A stretch of DNA of 49,743 nucleotides, filler included, from Bipalium vagum (lineage: Eukaryota): NCBI GenBank assembly GCA_037834085.1. It is 2 parts of 2 records of this genome, joined end to end, with 100 filler letters (N's around TTAATTAATTAA, not from the genome) between each part and the next. Parts side by side here need not be neighbours in the genome. Positions count along the whole stretch, not along the records: positions 1 to 31,742 come from JBBMKC010246989.1; positions 31,843 to 49,743 come from JBBMKC010042909.1. One strand, written 5' to 3'. The notes beneath the pieces are model-generated. The model did not search any database, had not been told where the DNA came from, and saw only the letters and a list, made by a program, of their open reading frames with translations. Positions 23,313 to 36,199 of the stretch are shown one piece after another. A program made the translations under genes and the position numbers. Each line of letters starts with the position of its first letter. The stretch's first letter is position 1.

Positions 23313-25109
23313 CAGTACATTTCGCTTAATCCGGTTTTGGAAAATCCGGATTTTCGTGAAAACCGATGAAATATTTCGGTCCCAAATAAATTACGTATTA
23401 ATTGTGACTAATCAAATTTTGCGTAATCCGGTTTCGTGAAATCCATAGTACGATAAAATTTTTAAGTTCCTCAAAAGGATTTCATACTTTTAATCCGGAT
23501 TTTAATTTAGATTTAATTTAATTTTGTTACTTTAAGTATTTTGTTGTTTAAGTTATTTTTTTAATTTTTCTAAATTTTTTAGCTTTAAATATCAAGATGT
23601 CTTTAAAAAGAATACGAACAGAAATAAGTCTAGAAAAAAGTACGAAATTATTTGTTATGCTAGAAATCAGTAAAATCTCAAGAAGATTGAAATTGCTAAT
23701 TATTTCGATGTGAAACAGCAAATCCTTGAGTGACATAAAAAACACAGAGAAAATAAAGGATAACTACCAAAAAGAATGTGTTTCTGGGCAAGTCAGGAAA
23801 ATGAAGCAATCAAAATTTCCACAAACTGGTATGGTTTTGTTGCATTGGTTTTCTGCAATAAGAGCTGATCGACCAGATATATTTCTCATCCTACAGGCCA
23901 CCAAATTTGCCAGAGAACTTGACGAAGAGAATCAAAATGAAGAAATTAATATGAGTTGATTTTAGTCACTGGAAAACCTATCATGATGTTACATTAAAAA
24001 AAAATCAGGAGAAAGCGCTTCTGTATCCGATGAGTCCATTCGTCACTGGAAAGATGTCGTTAGTAAGGTAATTATGCAAAAATATTCACCGAATGACATT
24101 CTGAATTGCAATGAATGTGGTTTATTTTGGCAATTAACACCAGATAAAACACTTGCTTTTTCGAATGAGAAAGTTCATGGCGGGAAAAAATCCAAACTGC
24201 GATTTACAATTTTGAACTGTGTTAGTATGTCCGGTAAGAAATTTCCTATTTGGGTTATTGGAAAATATGCAAAACCACGATGCTTCAAATATGTCTTACA
24301 TATTTCAATAATCTATCGTGCGAATCATAAAGCAAGAATGACTTTGTTCATTTAATTGATCAGCAAATGAGGAAAGAAAATCGAAAGGTAGCTCTCATTC
24401 TCAATCGATATCCAGCACATCACCAAAATGGAGTTTCATTTAAATCTCCTTGGTGCCTTAAATATGATCAAAATAACATGGGATTCGGTTTCGGAAGAAA
24501 TTGTGGTAAACTGCTTTCGATATTGTTTTGCACCAGAATCATTAAATGAACTTGCTGAAATCAAAGCAAACCAAGACCACCAAGAATTTGGAAATATTTT
24601 TGATCGATTAAAATCATTTATACAAGTACCCCAGTAAGTTTCATTTGAAAATCTTGTCGAAGTGAATCAAACCTTGCCTACTATCGCTGTAGTATTGGAA
24701 GAAGACATTTTGGAAATGTTTAAGAAATCGAACGCAATCGCAAAAAATGAAGTTGAAGATTCAATTTCTGTTGTAGTTGTGCCATCTTAAACAGAAGCCA
24801 TTCAGGCTTTGAATACGATTCATCTGTTTTTACAAACTCCCAGCTGGTTGGAAAAGCATCTCTCTGCTATTGAACATCTCAAAGATGATCTCAACTCAAA
24901 AATAACTAATGAATTGAAACAATTGCAAATAACCAATTTTTTCAAAAAAAATTAATAAAGACGATCTTTTATTTGAATAAATTATAAATAAAGTTCTCTT
25001 TTTCTTATATACTGTATTGGGTTTTTAAATATTTTGGATAATCCGGATGTTCGTGTAATCCGGTGAAATATTTCGGTCCCAAAGACATCGGATTAAGCGA
25101 ATTGTACTG
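23313..25109 (+). mobile_element. Near full-length pogo/Tigger DNA transposon (TIGD-like CENP-B HTH + DDE_1), inactivated
   Basis: TIRs cagtacatttcgcttaatccg and cggattaagcgaattgtactg-TA, with subterminal aatccgg repeats. MSLKRIRTEISLEKKYEII (psq HTH), WFSAIRA, YSPNDILNCNECGLFWQLTPDKTLAF..EKVHGGKKSKLRFTIL.C.SMSG.K, RKVALILN..PAH. Multiple frameshifts. Confidence 0.92.
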
Positions 25110-27039
25110 TATATAATTTATGATATTCTTTGATGTGTTTCGATTTTTTTCATTTCATTTTTTAAATTTTTTAATATATTTCTTTAACTCTTTCTTAAAA
25201 ATACCAATAATCGCGATTGTTTAAGATTTTCTTCATTAGGTAAAACTAATTTATTTAATTTTAGAAATAAAATTATTTCTAAAATCAAATACTTTTTGAC
25301 TGACTACCATGATTACAACTTAAAGATTTCTTTTGATATCTTACATCCTATGATATCCTATGAATAGGATATTGCAGAAATATTATTTATAAGGTTCATC
25401 TGAATTGACAAATTTATAAGTTTTGTTTAAATCTTTGATAAGTTGATTCGATTTAAAATAATTATTGTTGACAGAATTTTTGAATTTTAATTGTATCAAT
25501 TGTTACTTGATGGCATTTATTTTTAAAATTATTTATTTTATTTATATTAAGTAATTTATGGCTCAAGTTATTTGTTAGTTTGAAAACAAAAAATATATTA
25601 TATTCAAAGATATTGTTAGATATTTTCTTTATAATCTTTCTATTTCATTTGACATTATTTATATTATTATTTAAATTTATTGACAAAACTAAACAGTGAA
25701 TTTTAATTTTCAACAATTTCTTTATGGTTTAACAGATTTCCATGCTCTCAGAATTTAACTTACAGAACCAAATCGAATATTGATCGTACATTTCACTGAT
25801 TTTATTTCGAAATTTAAAATATCAAAAGATAATGGAATACAATTTTAATATAATAATTTTTGTTTATAACAAATAAACAAAATCGAATTTTTGGACCACT
25901 CTAAACAAAAAATAATCAATAAAATATAATTTAGCAATTTTTACATAATTTTTTTTTATTTTATATATTATTTATACGTTTAATTTAAATTAATAAAAAA
26001 TTTAATAAATTTTTATCACACTATAGCACATCATAAAAGTTGTTTTTTCTTCGTTTTGATTGGTTTCAGATATTCTCACCTATTTTTGCTTGTTTACTGT
26101 TTTTGATATTTTGCTATATTTTGATTTTTTTTATTATTGGATTGATATTTTGACATTTCAACAAAATATAAATCAATCATCAAATTTCATAAGAATATTT
26201 AACCATAAATATACTTCATAAAGTAGTTAAAAAGCATTTTATTTTAATAAGCGTGATTTGATTTTATAATTATCCAAATCAACCGCCCTTTTGAAATTAC
26301 CTAATCTCAATCAAATGATTTATTTAATTTCTTTAAGTATGACAAATATATGAACTGATTTTATGAGAACAATTGGTCTTGAAAATAAATGGGATAAAGT
26401 ATTTTGTTAAAGATCTTAGTGAAACAAAAGTTCTTTAAACAAAATCTTCAAATGTTAAATAGTTTATTAATGAACGATTTTTTACCATTTTAAAAGTTAT
26501 TTAATATCAAAGAAAAAATTTTTTTGAAACATTTTATTTATGCAGGTATGTCATTTTAAGCTTTTGAAATTTCTAATATTTTGAATATTTTAATACTTCG
26601 AAATATTATAATAATATATCTAATATTGCAAAATTAAAAATAAATTAAAAGTTTACATTTAAAAATAAACATTTAGAAAAATATTAATATTTTGAAATAT
26701 TTATGTATTTTATTGATATTAAATTTTAAAAATGGAAAAAAAATTTTAGATCAAATTAAGATTCCATCCCACATATTTATCAATTGTTACGAAAATTGGC
26801 TTTAATAACTAATTCTGAAAATTGATGATTGATAATGATAATTTTGAGAAATAGAATTATTGTCCATAAAAAAATTTAATTGATTTTTATTAAACAATTT
26901 GTTAATTAAGTTTATTTCATTTTTAAAAATAAATAATTTCCGGGTTGTTATATATATTTGTGTTTTCTCAATTTACATAAATCAATTACATAATTTCACT
27001 TCCAATAGCTATCTTTTATTTTCAATACTACTACGACTA

Positions 27040-28296
27040 ACGTGTGCGAATAAATGTTGATTTATTTTATATACGCACCAACCAATTTAAAATTCAAATA
27101 TTAATAAGTTATTTTTTATTATATATGGTTTGTTTAAACTAAGTGAAAATTTAATAATGAAGGTCGAAGAAGAGTAAAAAATGAATAATGTAGAAGAGTG
27201 TTTGCATGCTTGGACGACACTCAAGAAGTTTTAGAACACTAGAAAGAGAAAGTAAGTCGCCGCACATTGTATTTAATTTTTAGGAGATGGCGAAGCAGCA
27301 ACTGGAGTTATAAAACCAGATAGGCCACCGATTCTAAATGAAATGCAGGGTCAAGTTGCAAAAAAGATGCGCAGGACAAAATCGGTCAATCCAACCGTAT
27401 TCTTAGCCGTAAATATCACATTTCTAAAGAAACTGTGCGTCAAAATTGCTCAAATGTAAAGTCAAATATCATAAAAGAGTCCATGTTCCAAAATATACCG
27501 AGAAACAATTGGATTATATACCGAAGAAATGCAGATCCCTTAGAAGAAATTTTTTCACTTCTGATGTCAAAATAATTCTAGATGATGAATAATATTTTAC
27601 TTTATCGAGGATTAATGCATCACAAAATCAAAGATTTTATGCTGATGACATTGAAAATGTTACAGGTCATAATAGATTCACTCCTAAAGCTAAATTTGAA
27701 CCCAAAGTATTAATATGAGCTGCGATATCTGAAAAAGGTGTGTCCAAGCTGTACATTTAGGAATCCGACAATGCAGCGATAAGATCAGATGTGTATATTA
27801 AGAAATGTCCTCAAAATTAAAAAGATTCATCACAAAACCCATAAAGATGATAACCATTATCTTCTGACCTGATTTAGCAAGTTGCCATTATTCACATGAA
27901 AAATTAATATAGTTAGAAGATAATTACATTCAATATGTACCAAAAGTTTCGAATCCACCAAATATTTCCAAGGCTCGTCCAATTGAAGATTTTTGGGCTA
28001 TATTATTTTCAATAGTTTACAAAAATGATTGGAAAGCCAAATCAAAGAAACAGCTGATAAGCAAAATTAAAAATTCCATAAAGAAAATTGATATGAAGTC
28101 CGTCCAAGCAATGATTTCTGATATCAAAAGAAAGATTCGCAAAATCGAAGATGAAGGTCCTTTAGCCTTATATGAAAAATGACAATATTCTGTTGAAATA
28201 TGTTAATTTATGTCTCTGAAATATTGTTTGAATAAATTTATTATAAAGAATAGTAAAGCATCATTTTTTTTGTGCATCTACTTTATTCGCACATGT
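27040..28296 (+). mobile_element. DD37E (ITmD37E-type) DNA transposon with both TIRs, inactivated
   Basis: TIRs taacgtgtgcgaataaa and tttattcgcacatgtta. IILDDE*YFT, KAKFEPKVLI*AAISEKGVS, PDLASCHY...NPPN...ARPIEDFWAIL. Manual count gives 37 residues between the second D and the E. Confidence 0.88.
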
Positions 28297-28679
28297 TACT
28301 ACCACTACTGCTAATAAAATAAAAAAAATTAATATTAATAACAACAATAATAATAATAAGTTGCCTTTAGATTTGTTCTCGATTAATAAATGGTGGAGGT
28401 ATATCACTTTTAATAGGTCCAAAATCTTCAACTTTCCAGCGATTTTCTGGCTCTTTTTCTTCATCTTCCTTCTAATCCATGTAAATAAACAAAAATTAAA
28501 AAATTATTTTAAAAAAACGATAAATTTAAAACATAATAAATTGTTAAAAAATATTAAAATCCAGAATGAACGATGAATATTTATTTTCAATTTAACATTT
28601 TTATTTGTTAACTCTTCGATAAATAACACTTGTCAATCATATTACGTATATAAAGAATTCGATGTTCATATTCTAGCTT

Positions 28680-28916
28680 AGTTATACTGAGTTTGATTAG
28701 GAACATTTCGATTTGATTAAATGATTTTCTATTATTTGTTTGACATAAATCATCCTTTCTTAAACACATACGACTTGTATCCCTTTTTTGATCATGGACA
28801 GAATTTCTGATTGTTCCTTCTGAGATCTTAAAATTTTTGGCAAGGGACCTCATGAAATTTCTTGGGTAGCTATAAACAGTATGCTTAATTTCCTTGACAA
28901 AATAGTCTGTTATCAT
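28680..28916 (-). mobile_element. maT/DD37D-like transposase N-terminal fragment
   Basis: FVKEIKHTV..YP...MRSLAKNFKISEGTIRNSVHD...RKGRFMS...NHLIKSK.L resembles the DD37D pattern 'P.KSMR..A....SE.TIR..VHEDL..KSY....GQF.S'. Confidence 0.55.
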
Positions 28917-28984
28917 AACTTAGTTTATTAATTAATGATATATATATATATATTACACTAAAAAGCAGAACAAGAGTTAATAAA

Positions 28985-30010
28985 AATATATTTATTCAAA
29001 CTGTCCATTATTTTATTTGCATAAAGCACATCTTTCTAGTATTGAATTTACGCAATTGGTTAGAAGTATTTGTGATATATTATTGTAATGCTCTTCAATT
29101 TCGTCTTTCGTTCTGATGTTGATTGAAAATTTTTGGCATTAACTTTGTGTTTTATATATGGCCAAAGTCAGTAATAGACTGAAGTCAAATCTAGAGAATG
29201 ACTTGGCCATGCAAATGGGAAACCCTGACTGATTACAGGGCTTTCCCAAAAATTTTTGAAAGAAACTTTCGTGTTGGTAATGCTGTATAAGGTGTTACAC
29301 CACCTTTTTGGAAAAGGGTATTAGAACACTCTTTTTCGCTTTAAACCTGGAATGACATGAGTTTCCACCATATCCTTATAACTTTCAGCAGTAACATTTT
29401 CGTTAAAAAAGAAAGGTACGATTTTGAAATTTGAAGAGAATACTGACCACACCATAACTTTTTTGGAAATTGTTTACAAGGAATTATAGTTGAAGATTGC
29501 GGTTCTCTTCAGGCTGGAGACCAAACTCCGTCTTTCTGCTTATTAAAATGAACATTCAGGTCGAAGAAAGATTCGTCTGTGAAAAGAATTCTGTCCATAA
29601 AGTCTGTGCATGTTTAACTTTCTCCGTTTCACAGAATTTAAGTCTTTCATTAAGTGCTGCAGGTGAAACATAATTTTCATATCTTTTTTATGGAAGTAAA
29701 TTTATTTTATTTCTTAGAACTCGCTGCACCGTTGATTTTGAGATACCTGTATTCAAACTCAGTGAATGTACATACGTTATTGGTGTTATTCTTCCAATAG
29801 CCTCTATATATTTCATTGAATTTCTTTTATGCCTGGTGGACTTGCTCGCAACAAAGATTATGTTCTTAAAAACTTGTGAATCAAGTATTCTACGGAAGAG
29901 TAAGGAATTCTTCTGTCCTTGTTGTAATGACAAGCACGTTGTCCCTGCAAAACGGACTCTCAATGTAAATAATAAAATTTTATTATTAAAAGTTTATAAT
30001 CCAATGACAA
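28985..30010 (-). mobile_element. DD41D (rosa/VS-type) transposase remnant
   Basis: ILFTDESFFDLNVHFNKQ...VWS, KVMVWS.FS....PFFFNENVTAESYKDM, VISQGFPFAWPSHSLDLT..Y*LWPYIKHKV, C...NGQFE. Confidence 0.8.
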
Positions 30011-30416
30011 TTCTATTTGACGATTCTCCCTATGTTATCTAAAATAAAGTAGTGTGACAAAACAAAACCCATCATTATATACATTTAAAATCTAAAATAT
30101 TTTTTCAAAAAAATAAAATTTGAAAAATTTGTTGATTTTTTAATTTCACAGGTATTTATTGGACATACTAAATTTAATAAAATTAAAGTTATGTCCTTGA
30201 GGCCTGTTTATGAGGCCTGTTTTATTAAGAAAACTTTTAATATTATAAAAAAATATGGTAAAAGTTGAAAAGAGAACTAAACAATTTATTATAAGGAAAA
30301 GTTTAATATGACTAAATAAAACTCGATTATTCATTTGTTAGGTAATAACTCAAAACCTAGTGACCAATTCTTTATAATTTTTATTATTCCGTGAGGTCTC
30401 TCAAATGCTTTTTATC

Positions 30417-31446
30417 TATTATGGTGGTCGGAAAGTCTCTAGACTAACTTAAGATAAATCCAAAAACGTCATAAAATATATAAAACAAAATTTTATTCTT
30501 TAAAATATTGTCCATTGTGCTCAATAGTCGTTCAATATTTCCACAAGCTGATTGATTTCTCAGGCATACAATGCACTGCCTTTGGAAGAGAAAAATTAGC
30601 GGCAGGAATTTTTGACTCCGTCAAACGAAGCAAAGAAGTATCCCCATAGGAAATGTGTCATTAACCTGAATATGTTGTAGTCAGAAAGTGCTAATTTTTC
30701 ACTGTAGGCTGGATGAGAAAGAAGATCAAACTTCACACTTCATTTTTTTGGTGTTTTACCTTCGAAGTATGCTGTTTGGGATTACCATGTTGAAGAATTA
30801 CGTGTTTACCATGGACTAAGGAAGGAAGAGCGACACCTCAAAGCTTCAAGCAAACGTTCTAATTGCATTGAATAGAATTCGGTATTGATGGTTCGCCTAC
30901 TTTGAAGAAGCTCAAAATGCACTATTCTCTCGTAATTCCACTAAACACAGAGAAGAACGTTTTTTTGCAATGCGTTCTTTTTTTAGAATTGCAAAAGCCT
31001 GTTAATTTAAATCGAGCCACTGATTTTGCTGTTATAGTTGATAAAATAAATCCATTTTGCGTCTGAATTGATGATTCGTTTAAAAAACCGTTCATCACAT
31101 GGATTACGTAACATTTTAAAACAAATTTCGATCCTTTTGATATGGGCTGTGCGAATGGCGACAGCATCTTTTTCTTCAATTTCACATATTCTTGTGGCCG
31201 CTTTCTTAGCATTTGAATGCTGTTTCCAGTATAGACGCGTAATAAAACTAATTTCAAAATTGCTAAAATATAACAGTTGTATTATTGAAAGAATTTTTAA
31301 GATTTTACAGTTCATATTAAAGGTAATTTAAATTAATAGATCTATAAGATGATGTATTATTTACCGAAATCAATAGAATATATCAACTTTAAATATCACA
31401 ATATATAGTGTATAAAAAACGCATGAACTTTTGGCTCAGCCTAATA
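30417..31446 (-). mobile_element. Mariner remnant with non-matching ends (possibly two fused elements)
   Basis: 5' end tattaggctgagccaaaagttcatgc and NAKKAATRICE, FFKRIINSDAKWI, ILQHGNPKQHT, SHPAYSEKLALSDY. The left end ttatggtggtcggaaagtctc does not match the right TIR. Confidence 0.8.
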
Positions 31447-31524
31447 CTTTATGTAAAAACATATTTTAATACAAATTTTATAACTTCATGAGCAAAATAA
31501 GTTTTAACGTATTTTATCAACTTA

Positions 31525-31742
31525 CAGTGCGCGTAAAAAGTCTGTTTACCCCTATCAAAAATACTAATTTTGATATATATTTCAATTTAATTATAAATAG
31601 TTTTTTAAATATTAACTTTTTGTAAAGATATTTAAATAATTTAATCAAATATAATATATTTTTAAATGTATAAATTTATTGTTTTAGATAAATAAAATGT
31701 CTAGAAATTTAACAGAATTACAAAGATGTTACATTGCTGCAT
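31525..31742 (+). mobile_element. Tc1-like element 5' end running into the assembly gap
   Basis: TA-cagtgcgcgtaaaaagtctgtttacccc TIR. ATG at 31697 gives MSRNLTELQRCYIAA (Tc1-type 'LT..QR..I.A'). Confidence 0.65.
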
Positions 31743-31842
31743 NNNNNNNNNNNNNNNNNNNNNNNNNNNNNNNNNNNNNNNNNNNNTTAATTAATTAANN
31801 NNNNNNNNNNNNNNNNNNNNNNNNNNNNNNNNNNNNNNNNNN
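31743..31842. other. Artificial contig spacer (44 N + TTAATTAATTAA + 44 N)
   Basis: Exactly 100 nt and symmetric, with a centre that gives stop codons in all six frames. Confidence 0.95.
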
Positions 31843-31920
31843 ACGCCAAATTTGTACAGATTTTAAACAAATATCAATATCTTTCAATGCATTATTAATT
31901 CTTATTTCGTTTTGGTTTGT

Positions 31921-31986
31921 AAAAAAGAGAATCTTATTTTGAAAAAAGATAATCTTATTTTGAAAAAGGAGAATTTTATTCTGAAA
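31921..31986. repeat. 21-bp tandem repeat x3 (aaaaaagagaatcttattttg consensus)
   Basis: Three adjacent imperfect copies. They account for the spurious QNKI(L/I).F repeats in ORF 31795-31992. Confidence 0.7.
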
Positions 31987-32469
31987 ATGCAATATAAAGT
32001 TATCTTACTTTTCTGATTGACTTCCAGAACCAATTAATGTTATCGCTGTGGTTTATTCTGGAAAATTATTAATATTTGATATTGACCAAACACCATACTC
32101 TGACTTCTTCACCTTTACAATGTTTGGATTCCGCGATAATCTTCTCAGTAAGATAACTTATTCAATAAGATTCAATTTACAGCGCTTCAACAAAATGACA
32201 AGGATAATACGCATAAAGTGTTAGTATTATTATTGCGAATAGATTGAAAATGGCTAGTGGAGACCACACCAAACTATAAATGGTTGGCATGATCTCCACC
32301 AGATATTTTTTACCCTGCTACAAGATTAGATTACCAATAGATCTTTTTTCACGTATGCTCCTAATTTTATATTGTTAATTTGTTCTAACTATATTTAAAA
32401 ATCAATAATTTAAATAATTTTAATTATTGATTTTACTGAATTATTAAGATAAAAATAAAATCTTCATAA

Positions 32470-34270
32470 TTACTTATATCCCTCTTTAAAGATATCTCTT
32501 CAGCTTTTCCACATTCCTTTCAATCTGCTTGCCGTCACTACTCTGTAGGATTTTTCTTCGGTCATGTACCTTTATCATTACTTTGTATGGTCATTCAAAG
32601 CGTCCTTGATCCTTTTTCCAACACTTCTTTCAAATTAAAACGTCTTCTGATCTCTGTTATATCTATAAAATTTCCTGTGATTATTTCACTCGTGTGTGGT
32701 TCCCAATTTGTTCTTGTACCTATTCTTGTATCAAACACAAATTCACCTGGGCTTGCATTTATAGATTACTTTCATAGACTACTTTCAAATTCGATCTCTT
32801 TGAGTATGTCAGACAAATCTCTAATTTTACTCTCTTCAAACATAACGTTCATTAGACCTCTCATCGTCCGAAACTGTCTCTCAATCTTACCATTCGTGTT
32901 GGGATGCTAAAAACTTGAAAAATATCTTTATATTTAGTTTTTCTGCAAATCCGCTCACGCGTCTTGATTCAAAAACTCTCTCACAATCCTGTCTTTAGCA
33001 TCCAAATTTCGAAATCCATTCGTTCATAAAACTTTTTTGAATTGTGTTTTCGTTTGTTTTACATTCGATTCTAATTTTACATACTTGCTACTTTTATCGA
33101 TTATTCACAAAACTTACCTCTTACATGCCCACCGTTTCTCTTAAAGGACGACATATATCCGCATATATGTTGGCGAATATCTCACGGTCTTGAACCACCG
33201 TCACTTCATCTTTCGTCTTCGAAGTCAGAACTGTATGCTTCGTATACTGACAAGCTCTGCATGAATGAACTATCTGTTTAATCTTAGTTCTCATATCTTT
33301 TATTCTACATTTATCTTCTATTTATCGGTATACTTTTTCTGCCAACACATGTGTGAACTGATTGTGCGTCACTCGGATTATTTCACTTTTTCGTCACTCA
33401 TTTAATCATCACAGATTTATCGTCTACTGTCATCACATCTAATCTTTTCTAACTTGGCATCCTTATGTTTTGTTTGACAAAGCATGCATGTCGAACATTC
33501 ACTTCTTGAATATATATCTGAATTACCATTGTGCTTCTCCTTTTCTCTATCTTAATTTTATATCTAAAATATGTAGATAATTTAACAAATTCTGGAATTG
33601 TGATGTTATCAGTTTTTTGTTTCCAACAAGAATATCATTGCCTTGCAACCCCTTCTGAGTAAGTCTCCTGTCGTAAAGATAATGTTTAAAATTTTTGTAA
33701 AAATGGAAAATTACCTGTAATTCTTTTCGTGTGACGGAGTAACCTCTTTCATGTCTATTCAGGGAGTAAGATCCATACACTATTATCCTTTCCAGCCTAT
33801 TTTCATCTATTTGTGCCAAAACTGCTCCTATTGCTCCAAAATTAGAGTCGGAATCCAAAATAAATCTGTGAAGAATTTCATAGTGGACTGCAATCATCTG
33901 ATTCCATTCCATTTATCCTGAACAGTCGTGATTTTTCTCTGTCGACTCTTTCTTATCCATGTCTCCCCCTTGTGTTATGACCCTTCCTGTTATATGAATT
34001 TCTAAAAAATCTGATCTGCAATGTCCGCTTTGTCCGCAGTCTATGCAAAAAATCGTGGAGCATCTCTTTTTGTATAATTCTTAATCATATTCTTCACATC
34101 CCCAGAAATTTATTTTTCTGAATTTAGATCTATCTATGTGCTTATTTCCAACATAGTTCTTCTTTGATTCCTAATTTCCCTGTGTTTTGAATGTTTTGTA
34201 CAATGTGGCTGGATTCTATTTGACTCTGTCTGATCAACTCATCTTCTCGCTTCTCCCTGCGGTCTTATGT
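32470..34270 (-). mobile_element. Deleted Ty3/Gypsy retrotransposon (gag zinc knuckle, RNase H, integrase, PPT; RT largely missing)
   Basis: CIDCGQSGHC knuckle (~34020-34050). RNase H RFILDSDSNFGAIGAVLAQ...IVYGSYSL...ERGYSVTRKEL....F.HYLY. Integrase QIVHSCRACQ, EIFANIYADIC.PL, WISKFG. Purine tract aaagaggg near 32480. Confidence 0.88.
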
Positions 34271-34601
34271 TGGCTTAATGAATTAAATGCCAATAATTTT
34301 TTGAAGATTTCATATTTAATTTAGTAAATCGAAAACAGAATATAGTATTTCGTAAACTGAAATGAATTTACTATTGATTACAAAATCTTCACATTAATTT
34401 TAAGGAAAAATAATCTTTATTAGTTATTAATCTTAATTTTAATAAAATTATGTTAGTTATATATTTCATTTTATTCTAAGAAAAATTATAATCACATTAA
34501 AAAATATCATATTATCAAAGTTAGTATTCTGAGTTTTGTAATGACATTTTAGTAAATTTCTAATACAGCATTATTATAAATTTTGTTTAAATAATCTAAA
34601 G

Positions 34602-35799
34602 ATGCTAAATTCAAAAATGAAAAAAATTGCTGTTTCAGAAGTACTTAATTTGCTATTTTAATTTCATTAACATAATTTAAGATAACTTTCTTGTGTGACT
34701 TGGACTTAAATAAATCTCAAATTGATACAATTTTTAATGAAAAAAATTATTTTAGTGTAAAACATTTATCTTTGTATAGCATTATTGATGATTTTTTTAT
34801 TGAAAATTTTGTAAAGAAAGGTAATTAATTATAATTATATGCTGAGTAATATTACTTAGGTAAGGTTGAAATTTTACCTTTTGGGAATGATCATGAAGCA
34901 TTTTATTTTTCACTGACTAATGGTAAGTAAAGTACTTTTTTAGATTTTTTAAAACCATTGATTTTAGGTAATTTACTCATTGAATTTAGTGAAAAGTACA
35001 AGTCATATATTAATTACAACCATTTCAAAAAATTTGCAACTAAAAAGATTGTGTCGTACAGTAAAATATTAATTTCGATAATTTTAATATTACAGTGTTA
35101 ATCAGAACAGGAGTTTGATCTTCTTTGCGATCTAGATAAACTGCAAAAGATATTCACTGATTTTATCAAACCAAATGTTCCGCCACTTAGTTGTCTTGTT
35201 TGTTTCGAGCCAAAACCTGAGTTCTTCAAACCAGAACAAATCCCTCATTCGATTTCATTACCGTCTTTTCTCGATCCAGAAAATTTTCTAGCACATAAAT
35301 ATGAAGTGGAAAAGGTTAAATTGGATCCAGCAAGTACTAAGTGGCCAATGTTGATTGATGAGTCCCAAGATAATTATGATCTCATTCTCGATTACTTTAC
35401 ACGACTTGTGTTTTGTGCAAGGAATTCGTAATATTTATCCAAAATCTCAATCAATTTGACCTTTTTTTGTTTTAGAACTACTCTAGAGAACATCAATGAC
35501 AACCATGTGAAAATTGACGATGTAAGCAGAACTGGAACCGTATTGACCTTCAGAGGATGTTTCAGTTCGAGTAAAACTGAACAAATCGTTTCCCGTTTCA
35601 GGTATTTGATATGAAACGACAGATGTGTGTTATAATTTCTTGATATCGATTTTTTATTAGGAACGTTTGTGTTCAAAATTCCAATATTGATGCCGTTTTT
35701 GTCCTTAACGATTTATTCCAGATTAACACAGAAGTGACATTTCAAAAATCTCAAATTAATTTGACGAGTTCTTACAACACGCGATCGCGTATTCCATGA
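34602..35799 (+). CDS. RPP40: Ribonuclease P/MRP subunit p40-like protein, 7 exons, ~306 aa (N-terminus may extend upstream)
   Basis: Exons 34602-34640, 34682-34820, 34860-34922, 34968-35060, 35106-35427, 35476-35601, 35661-35799. All introns are GT-AG, 39-59 nt and phase-consistent, with no internal stop. NYFSVKHLSLYSIIDDFFIENFVKKG...SLTNGNLLIEFSEKY resembles RPP40 YYFVKNLPLHELITPEFISTFIKKG...LLPNGKLILSLDKDTY. AATAAA at 35815. The frame is also open upstream to an acceptor at 34568. Confidence 0.75.
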
Positions 35800-36199
35800 A
35801 AATTGTTTTTATTCAATAAAAATGTTTATTGAAACTGATCATTCACTGAAATTATAAAAACTTTTTATAATAAGGACATTATTTTACAAGTAAGAAGTGG
35901 ACACATTGATGTCGGGTCAAAATAACTGGATCTAGTTTTCTAGGCGCGGTAACCGATTTGAAATAAATCACTTTTTGTTTTAATCAATAAAACAATTTTG
36001 TTCATTATTTCGGTTTCCAGCTAGTTAACAAAATAGAAGTCACAATTTTGATATTGCGCAAACAATAGGTTTAAATTAAAATTTTTCATTGTTTTTTTAA
36101 ATCAATATGCAGTATGAACCTTTTTTTGAGAATTTTTGGTTTTTAAAGTAAAATGGTTCTCTAATTATTTCTATCTCGTACAATTATTCATTTTGTATT

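Noticed and set aside
31787-31798. TTAATTAATTAA palindrome within the N run
   Set aside because: Synthetic six-frame-stop linker, not biological.
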